Source of the DNA: a virus
Lineage: Duplodnaviria > Heunggongvirae > Uroviricota > Caudoviricetes
IMG/VR virus record: IMGVR_UViG_2671180608_000007
Location: 1-4,441 of that record
Length of the DNA stretch: 4,441 nucleotides
Reading direction: 5' to 3' (one strand)
The notes under the pieces: generated by a model
Told to the model about the DNA's origin: nothing
Seen by the model: only the letters and a program-made list of their open reading frames with translations
The model's database searches: none
Shown here: positions 1 to 4,441 of the stretch, piece after piece
Numbering within the stretch: the first letter of the stretch is position 1
How the letters are laid out: each line of letters opens with the position of its first letter
Position numbers and translations under genes: made by a program

Positions 1-137
1 TAACAGGTGTCTGGAAATATAGGGGCAAATCCAGCGTTCATCAGCCCCCGCATTGCCGACAGGATCACAGACGGGGGGCGCAACTGGTTGTCGTTCAACT
101 GGCCCAGCTACCGTTCTTGTATCAGAGGTGTGGCTGC

Positions 138-1529
138 ATGACAACACCAGTCTGGCGTAATGATGACCTGGAAGGCGCTGTCATTGGCGCATTCTTTCTG
201 CGTGGGGCAGATCATGAAGTGATGGATATTCTGATCACACTACCGGCGGACATTTTTTCTGTACGAGCGTATCGGGATATCTACACAGGCATCTGCAGAC
301 AGGCCCGTGTTTCAGGAGTGATTGACCCCGTGCTGTTGTGTAATGAGATGCCGGAACTTGCCCCGGTGATTACTGATACCGGGCGTAAAACCTGGGTGAA
401 GTCTTCACTGGAGCACTATGTTGCAGCGTTGCGGCGCAATGCCGCACTGCGCGATGCAGAAAAAACACTGAATGAGGCGCTGCAGAAATTACGTGATGCG
501 CATACCTGTGAAGCAGCTGAAGATGCCCTGAAGGATGCGCAGAACATGATGGTCACACTGTCGACAGGAAAGGGCGTCATTCAGCCGGTACATATTGATG
601 ATGTGCTTCCGGAAGTGGTTGAGCGTGTTGAATGCCGGAATCAGGGGCTGGAGAAATCCAGGACGTTGATGACCGGTATTGATGAACTGGACGCAAAAAC
701 AGGCGGTATGGAGCCCGGAGACCTGGTATTCATTGCCGCCCGTCCTTCGATGGGGAAAACCGAACTTGCGCTGGACATCATCGACAAGGTGACTGAGCAG
801 GGGCATGGTGTGCTTCTGTTCACCATGGAGATGGCGAACATCCAGATTGGTGAACGTATGGTGTCTGCGGCTGGAGGGATGCCAGTATCACGCCTGAAAT
901 CTGTGGCTCACTTTGAAGATGAAGACTGGGCGCGTTTCTCACAAGGGGTGGGGCGGATGACCGGGCGCAATATCTGGATGGTGGACCAGGCGAACCTGAC
1001 CATTGATGAGATATGCGCAACAACGAAACACCATCTGATTAAACATCCGGAAACGGCGCTGGTGGTGGTTGATTATCTCGGGCTGATAAAAACCCGAACC
1101 ACGGGGCGTCATGACCTTGCCGTGGGTGAAATCTCAAAGGGGCTTAAAGGCCTGGCAAAATCCGGTGGTTTTCCGTTGATTGCGCTGAGCCAGCTCTCCC
1201 GCGGTGTGGAGTCCAGACCCAATAAACGTCCCATGAACTCAGACCTGAAAAATTCCGGAGAAATAGAGGCGGATGCAGACATCATTCTGATGCTTTACAG
1301 GGATGAAGTGTACAACCCGGATACACAGGCTACAGGCATAGCAGAAATTAATATCACGAAACAACGTAACGGTTCTCTGGGGACGATTTACCGGCGTTTT
1401 TATAACGGACATTTTCTGCCTGTGGACCAGGAAAGCGCACAGGTTCTTTCCACCCCAATGCGGCAGCCCCAGCCGCGCAGATACAGCAATACACGTACCG
1501 ACAGCAGTAAGATGGAGCGTTTCTTTTGA
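138..1529 (+). CDS. Replicative DNA helicase, DnaB family (phage-encoded, P22 gp12-like)
   Basis: Translation carries a DnaB-type Walker A (AARPSMGKTELALD), a Walker B-like hydrophobic stretch ending in D (LVVVDYLGLI) and C-terminal DnaB-like blocks (SGGFPLIALSQLSRGVESRPNKRPMNSDLKNSGEIEADADIILMLYRDEVY, ITKQRNG). Start chosen at ATG 138 because GAGGTG sits 8 nt upstream; the track's TTG at 117 is the alternative. The frame is open to the window edge, so a start further upstream cannot be excluded. Confidence 0.9.
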   Translation: MTTPVWRNDDLEGAVIGAFFLRGADHEVMDILITLPADIFSVRAYRDIYTGICRQARVSGVIDPVLLCNEMPELAPVITDTGRKTWVKSSLEHYVAALRRNAALRDAEKTLNEALQKLRDAHTCEAAEDALKDAQNMMVTLSTGKGVIQPVHIDDVLPEVVERVECRNQGLEKSRTLMTGIDELDAKTGGMEPGDLVFIAARPSMGKTELALDIIDKVTEQGHGVLLFTMEMANIQIGERMVSAAGGMPVSRLKSVAHFEDEDWARFSQGVGRMTGRNIWMVDQANLTIDEICATTKHHLIKHPETALVVVDYLGLIKTRTTGRHDLAVGEISKGLKGLAKSGGFPLIALSQLSRGVESRPNKRPMNSDLKNSGEIEADADIILMLYRDEVYNPDTQATGIAEINITKQRNGSLGTIYRRFYNGHFLPVDQESAQVLSTPMRQPQPRRYSNTRTDSSKMERFF

Positions 1530-1783
1530 ACAACCAGACAATGACTTTTACCTCTGAACAATTGCGTAAACACGCGCAGGAAATGTTGCGACAGGCGGAA
1601 CAACTGGAAAAAACAGGTGTAACAAAAGATGCCATTCGTCGGGATATGGTGCCAGCGCTCAGGGAACTGATGCAGGCGAAACATCGCGCACAAAAAGCGG
1701 TGGATGAGCTCGTTGATTGTGTGGCAGAGCTGGAAACCAAAGTTGGAAAGTTTGAAAAAATGGTGCAGGAGGTGCTGCGCTGA
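1526..1783 (+). CDS. Hypothetical small protein (85 aa, predicted coiled coil) in the nin-region position
   Basis: Uninterrupted ORF packed between helicase and rusA. Its TTG start overlaps the helicase stop (TTTTGA) and its stop overlaps the rusA start (TGATG), suggesting translational coupling. Alternative start is ATG 1541. Charged, heptad-like sequence (EQLRKHAQEMLRQAEQLEK...). No family recognised. Confidence 0.5.
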   Translation: MNNQTMTFTSEQLRKHAQEMLRQAEQLEKTGVTKDAIRRDMVPALRELMQAKHRAQKAVDELVDCVAELETKVGKFEKMVQEVLR

Positions 1784-2154
1784 TGCGCCATGAGTTTATT
1801 TTACCTTATCCGCCGACGGTGAATACTTACTGGCGACGTCGTGGCAGCACATATTTTGTATCAAAAGTTGGTGAGCGTTATCGCCGTGATGTGACGCTAA
1901 TTGTTCGCCAGCAGCGGCTGAAATTAAACCTGTCCGGAAGGCTGGCGATAAAGATTATTGCAGAGCCACCGGATAAGCGCCGTCGTGACCTGGACAATAT
2001 CCTGAAAGCACCACTGGATGCGCTGACGCATGCCGGACTACTCATAGACGACGAGCAGTTTGATGAAATCAATATTGTGCGCGGTCAGCTCGTTCCTGGT
2101 GGGCGACTGGGCGTGAAGATTTATGAAATCACAGGTGATAACGATGGCGCGTGA
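1783..2154 (+). CDS. rusA: Crossover junction endodeoxyribonuclease RusA (Holliday junction resolvase)
   Basis: 123-aa product with the RusA signature ([15 protein letters not shown] ... [30 protein letters not shown]) and the acidic residues of the DxD/D catalytic cluster. GGAGG lies about 10 nt upstream of ATG 1783. Sits just before Q, as in phage 82 and DLP12. Confidence 0.9.
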   Translation: MRHEFILPYPPTVNTYWRRRGSTYFVSKVGERYRRDVTLIVRQQRLKLNLSGRLAIKIIAEPPDKRRRDLDNILKAPLDALTHAGLLIDDEQFDEINIVRGQLVPGGRLGVKIYEITGDNDGA

Positions 2155-2530
2155 TATTCAGCAGGTTATGGAACGGTGGGGGGCTTGGGCTGCAAACACT
2201 CATGAAGATGTATCCTGGGCGTCGATCGCTGCTGGTTTTAAAGGGTTAATTCCGTCGAAAGTGAAATCACGCCCTCAGTGTTCTGATGATGATGCAATGA
2301 TAATTTGTGGCTGTATGGCCCGGTTGAACAAGAAAAATCAGGATTTGCACGATTTGCTGGTGGATTATTACGTAGGTGGAATGACTTTTATGAGTCTGGC
2401 ACGGAAACATGGGTGTTCGGATACCTGTATTGGCAAGCGCCTGCAGAAAGCGGAAGGGGTTATTGATGGCATGTTGATGATGCTTGATATCCGGCTGGAG
2501 ATGGACAGATACGTAGAACGAATTATGTAG
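2144..2530 (+). CDS. Late-gene antitermination protein, small Q-like family (QuuD-like)
   Basis: 128-aa product ([23 protein letters not shown]...[20 protein letters not shown]...[22 protein letters not shown]) closely resembles the small Q-like antiterminators of E. coli cryptic prophages (QuuD, recalled from memory). Start at ATG 2144 with AGGTGA 5 nt upstream; it overlaps the rusA stop (ATGGCGCGTGA). The track's 2123 ATG lies inside rusA and is the less likely start. Confidence 0.85.
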   Translation: MARDIQQVMERWGAWAANTHEDVSWASIAAGFKGLIPSKVKSRPQCSDDDAMIICGCMARLNKKNQDLHDLLVDYYVGGMTFMSLARKHGCSDTCIGKRLQKAEGVIDGMLMMLDIRLEMDRYVERIM

Positions 2531-2534
2531 GTGC

Positions 2535-2564
2535 TTGACCAGACACATTGTCCGGGGCTATATT
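2535..2564 (+). promoter_or_regulatory. Candidate late promoter PR' (sigma70 -35 TTGACC / 18-bp spacer / -10 TATATT)
   Basis: TTGACC at 2535-2540 and TATATT at 2559-2564, beginning 5 bp after the Q stop codon. This is the canonical position of PR' relative to Q in lambdoid phages. Predicted transcription start is about 2571. Confidence 0.5.
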
Positions 2565-2571
2565 CCTCACG

Positions 2572-2589
2572 CGCCAGCAAAATCTGGCG
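2572..2589 (+). promoter_or_regulatory. Perfect 6-bp inverted repeat in the initial transcribed region (candidate qut / pause-site hairpin)
   Basis: CGCCAG-caaaat-CTGGCG at 2572-2577 and 2584-2589, directly after the predicted start. The loop CAAAAT is a weak -10-like hexamer of the kind that causes sigma-dependent pausing at lambdoid late promoters. Confidence 0.35.
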
Positions 2590-2625
2590 TCGGGATTGGA
2601 ACCCCGGATAGAGACCGCGACAGAC

Positions 2626-2650
2626 ACACGCCGCGAGCGTGTTTTTTATT
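2626..2650 (+). terminator. Intrinsic terminator (tR'-like) ending a ~75-nt leader transcript
   Basis: 6-bp GC-rich stem ACACGC / GCGTGT (2626-2631 and 2637-2642) with a 5-nt loop, followed by TTTTTTATT. Confidence 0.6.
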
Positions 2651-2775
2651 GTCGTATGCACGCGCACATCTGAATTATGGTGGGGCGCATGGGGGAGCTG
2701 AAAAGCTCGCCGGTCGGTTTCCCGGTAGTTCCAACCCTGTGCGTCTCACCACCCGATGATTGGAACCTGACGGTG

Positions 2776-2804
2776 TTGACAGTTTCAGGTTTGCAGTTTA
2801 CATT
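2776..2804 (+). promoter_or_regulatory. Candidate sigma70 promoter for the ORF6N gene (-35 TTGACA / 17-bp spacer / -10 TACATT)
   Basis: Consensus -35 TTGACA at 2776-2781 and a 4/6 -10 at 2799-2804. It is preceded by a 7-bp inverted repeat GTTCCAA / TTGGAAC (2728-2734 and 2760-2766). Confidence 0.3.
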
Positions 2805-3010
2805 TCCCCGCGGTGCTCAAAACACCTCGAAAGCGGTATCCACACCCGATAGCCATGTGGTTTTTTTGTGTCCAGAATTCTTGGTTTATGACCGGGTGTG
2901 CGGCTAATACAATACCAGCAATGGAAATACGCCCGCCGACTTTCGACGGTTTTGAGCGCCCGGTCACCCTCTCAAAAGGGGTAAATCAAAATATTCGAAA
3001 GGACATGTCT

Positions 3011-3574
3011 ATGAATCGCACGTCTATTGAAAAACTCCCGTCACTTACGCATAACCATCTTCCTGTCATGACAACAGAGCTGCTGGCTGATTTGTACGGA
3101 ACAGAGCGCCAGCGTTTGACAAACAATTTCAATCGAAACAAAGAACGGTTTATAGAAGGTAAACATTTTTTCCTGATAGAAGGTGATGCGTTACGAGAGT
3201 TGAAGAACGAAAACTCTTTAAGAGTTTCTGTGAAAATTGCCCGTAACGTTCGCTCCCTCATCCTCTGGACAGAACGTGGCGCAGCCCGTCACGCCAAAAT
3301 GCTCGAAACCGATCAGGCGTGGGAAGTGTTCGAAAAACTGGAAGACTGTTATTTCAACCAGAAACAGCCACCAGCGGCACAAAACACATCTATCGAAAAT
3401 GATGGATGCGCATTACTGAGCCACTTCGATAAACACGGTCAGGTTGAGTTCACGGAAAAGGTACCCGCCGATGCGATGGTATGTACTCTGGAACGGTTTA
3501 AATTTTATCTGGAGCAACATGGGTGGATCGTTGCCCGTAAAGAACAATTGGTGGAAAGGTTGATGCGGTTTTAA
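3011..3574 (+). CDS. ORF6N/KilA-N-like DNA-binding domain protein (phage antirepressor-like accessory gene), 187 aa
   Basis: The N-terminal 100 residues match the ORF6N-type pattern (LADLYGTERQRLTNNFNRNKERFIEGKHFFLIEGDALRELK...SLILWTERGAARHAKMLETDQAWEVFEKLED). The C-terminal 85 aa are unrecognised. Start at ATG 3011 with AAGGA 7 nt upstream; ATG 3005 is in frame. The track's 2813 start adds a Trp/Cys/Phe-rich, non-protein-like extension across the promoter and T-run and is judged unlikely. Confidence 0.7.
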   Translation: MNRTSIEKLPSLTHNHLPVMTTELLADLYGTERQRLTNNFNRNKERFIEGKHFFLIEGDALRELKNENSLRVSVKIARNVRSLILWTERGAARHAKMLETDQAWEVFEKLEDCYFNQKQPPAAQNTSIENDGCALLSHFDKHGQVEFTEKVPADAMVCTLERFKFYLEQHGWIVARKEQLVERLMRF

Positions 3575-3700
3575 TGAATGCAAAACCCCGGATGATCACC
3601 GAGGTTAATTTTATCGAGCGTGATTGCCGCTAATCGCCATCGCTCTGATTGAGCGTAAATCATTCAGGTTATTCAGTTCTTCCTTCTGCTCTCGCTGACG

Positions 3701-3871
3701 TCAATAAATCCCATCATTGCGATCAACCTCATCCTTAACCATTGATGCGAGCAGTTCTTCCAGTTTCTGCGCTGACAGCTTTACCTGGTGATCTTCAGCA
3801 TCTTCCCGGGCTATTGTGGTTCGCGCAGTGGCTGATTTTGCTGACATCACCACAGGGGGCAGACGGACCAT
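3701..3871 (-). CDS. Hypothetical small protein (56 aa), convergent with the ORF6N gene
   Basis: ATG at 3871 with GGAGG 10 nt upstream (CCTCC at 3882-3886 on the + strand). Hydrophilic, helix-like product (MVRLPPVVMSAKSATARTTIAREDAEDHQVKLSAQKLEELLASMVKDEVDRNDGIY). The track's longer form from TTG 3982 would add a hydrophobic segment (LSIVVVIFALICSGG) and start 4 nt after the tfa-remnant stop. No family recognised. Confidence 0.35.
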   Translation of the reverse strand: MVRLPPVVMSAKSATARTTIAREDAEDHQVKLSAQKLEELLASMVKDEVDRNDGIY

Positions 3872-3985
3872 TGAACCATGGCCTCCGGAACAAATAAGGG
3901 CAAAAATAACAACCACTATCGAAAGCTCACAAACTAACCGCAGCACGTTCCTGCATACGACGTGTCTGCGGCATAATCCCAATGA

Positions 3986-4219
3986 TTACTCCCTGACAGG
4001 ATTTGCAGGCCACTCAATATCAGGTGCAGTTGATGTATCAACACGATTCAACAATACCCGATATTTATTCCATGCCTCCAGCAACGATCTTTCTTCCTCC
4101 GTTGCGATTTCCAGATCTACAGCATCCTGCAGTGGCGCAATATACTCACTAAATTCCTGGATGTAGAACTGTGTGGTGACGGTCTTCCAGCCATTCGGCT
4201 CCTGCTGTATCGAAGCATA
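3986..4219 (-). pseudogene. tfa: Tail fibre assembly protein (Tfa) 3' remnant, C-terminal 77 codons with no start codon
   Basis: Hand translation of the minus strand gives ...[53 protein letters not shown] then TAA (3988-3986), which is the conserved C-terminus of lambdoid/e14/Rac-type Tfa proteins. The frame is closed by an in-frame TAG at 4222-4220 with no ATG, GTG or TTG codon in between, so it is a 5'-truncated fragment. It is absent from the supplied ORF track. Confidence 0.75.
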
Positions 4220-4240
4220 CTAGGCTATTTCAATATCGCT

Positions 4241-4255
4241 ATGCTGCGGCAGCAT
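4241..4255. repeat. 15-bp palindrome ATGCTGC-G-GCAGCAT (candidate operator or hairpin)
   Basis: Perfect 7-bp arms around a central G, about 10 bp upstream of promoter-like hexamers and about 20 bp beyond the tfa truncation point. Confidence 0.4.
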
Positions 4256-4323
4256 TTAACCCCTTGTAATTCATCGCCATAATTGATTTAATTCACAAAT
4301 AAAACTATAACATGGTGAAATCA

Positions 4324-4383
4324 ATGAAAACAAACACAGATGATGGGGCTAAAATTTACACACCACTTACCCTAAAGCTTTAA
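4324..4383 (+). CDS. Very short ORF (19 aa, MKTNTDDGAKIYTPLTLKL) inside a promoter-to-terminator mini-unit; possibly the body of a small RNA instead
   Basis: ATG 4324 with GGTGA 5 nt upstream; an in-frame ATG at 4312 would give 23 aa. Promoter-like hexamers lie upstream (TTGTAA 4264-4269 with TTTAAT 4287-4292, or TTGATT 4283-4288 with TATAAC 4306-4311) and the intrinsic terminator lies 11 nt downstream. The product is hydrophilic, so not a type I toxin. Confidence 0.2.
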   Translation: MKTNTDDGAKIYTPLTLKL

Positions 4384-4393
4384 CACACAGCTT

Positions 4394-4420
4394 AAACCCG
4401 CCGATGAGCGGGTTTTTTTA
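4394..4420 (+). terminator. Intrinsic (rho-independent) terminator
   Basis: Stem CCCGC / GCGGG (4397-4401 and 4408-4412), extendable by A:T pairs, with loop CGATGA and followed by seven T (4413-4419). The + strand orientation is favoured because the minus-strand side has only a short T tract. Confidence 0.6.
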
Positions 4421-4441
4421 TACCTGAAAAACGGCACAGGA

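Noticed and set aside
1-141. Possible 3' end of an upstream replication-initiator (O-like) gene, or a 44-codon GTG-initiated ORF (7-141) ending in ATGA overlap with the helicase start
   Set aside because: Frame 1 has TAA at 1-3 and frame 2 has TAG at 20-22, so any upstream gene ends within the first 22 bp and cannot be characterised from the window. The 44-codon ORF has no ribosome-binding site and a Gly/Arg/Ser-rich product.
489-1791. Minus-strand ORFs listed in the track (489-806, 641-841, 820-1023, 1239-1541, 1354-1791, 1400-1693) antisense to the helicase gene
   Set aside because: They all lie inside the well-supported DnaB-family helicase frame, have low-complexity Ser/Arg/Cys-rich products and no recognisable motifs. 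They are typical antisense shadow ORFs.
1878-2667. Minus-strand ORFs 1878-2072, 2267-2548 and 2368-2667 antisense to rusA and Q
   Set aside because: They overlap the strongly supported rusA and Q coding frames and give low-complexity products. 2368-2667 also spans the PR' promoter and its terminator.
2840-2868. Possible second terminator or attenuator (…CCACA…TGTGG followed by TTTTTTT) in the ORF6N leader
   Set aside because: The stem is only about 4 bp with a 13-nt loop, too weak to call a terminator by inspection. Noted only as a T-run in the leader.
2535-2907. Plus-strand ORFs 2535-2759 and 2677-2907 in the Q-to-ORF6N intergenic region
   Set aside because: They run through the predicted promoter, hairpin and intrinsic terminator, and their products (Arg/Asp/Gly/Pro-rich) look like translated regulatory DNA. 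No ribosome-binding site was seen.
2651-3000. tRNA genes downstream of Q, as seen in Stx-type phages
   Set aside because: No T-loop consensus (GTTCGAATC or GTTCAAATC-like) and no cloverleaf-compatible inverted repeats were found by eye in the Q-to-ORF6N interval.
2813-3010. N-terminal extension of the ORF6N ORF starting at ATG 2813 (track version, 253 aa)
   Set aside because: The extra 66 residues are Trp/Cys/Phe-rich and non-protein-like, include the T7 run at 2862-2868, and begin within 10 bp of the promoter -10. ATG 3011 has a proper Shine-Dalgarno and matches where ORF6N domains normally begin.
2785-3419. ORFs 2785-2967 (-), 2986-3261 (-) and 3237-3419 (+) overlapping the ORF6N gene
   Set aside because: They are antisense or out of frame relative to a CDS with recognisable domain motifs and have no supporting signals.
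3574-3633. 19-codon + strand ORF (MNAKPRMITEVNFIERDCR) overlapping the ORF6N stop as TAATG
   Set aside because: It is very short, has no recognisable ribosome-binding site beyond possible coupling, and no supporting features. Most likely chance.
3816-4166. Plus-strand ORF 3816-4166 (116 aa)
   Set aside because: It is antisense to both the small minus-strand ORF and the Tfa remnant, whose conserved C-terminal motif fixes the coding strand. The product is Ser/Thr-rich with no motif.
1-4441. CRISPR arrays, IS elements, integrase or att sites
   Set aside because: No regularly spaced direct repeats, no terminal inverted repeats flanking a transposase-like ORF, and no integrase-like ORF are present. 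The only repeats are the short palindromes and the 10-mer reported above.

Overview
This window reads as the replication/nin/late-regulatory segment of a lambdoid (P22/phage-82/DLP12-like) enterobacterial prophage that appears defective. On the + strand there is a tightly packed, overlapping gene string: a DnaB-family replicative helicase (138-1529), an 85-aa coiled-coil hypothetical (1526-1783), the RusA Holliday-junction resolvase (1783-2154) and a small Q-like (QuuD-family) late antiterminator (2144-2530). Immediately after Q lies a sigma70-like promoter, a hairpin in the initial transcribed region and an intrinsic terminator, the PR'/qut/tR' arrangement expected for a Q-controlled late switch. 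No holin, endolysin or Rz genes follow. Instead there is an ORF6N/KilA-N-like DNA-binding gene (3011-3574, +) with its own promoter-like element, a convergent small unknown ORF (3701-3871, -), and a start-less 3' remnant of a tail fibre assembly gene (3986-4219, -) that the supplied ORF track does not list. The window ends in an AT-rich segment carrying a palindrome, promoter-like hexamers, a 19-codon ORF and a strong intrinsic terminator. The most interesting stretch is the accessory island between Q and the tfa remnant. All family assignments are from reading motifs by eye; no database search was run.
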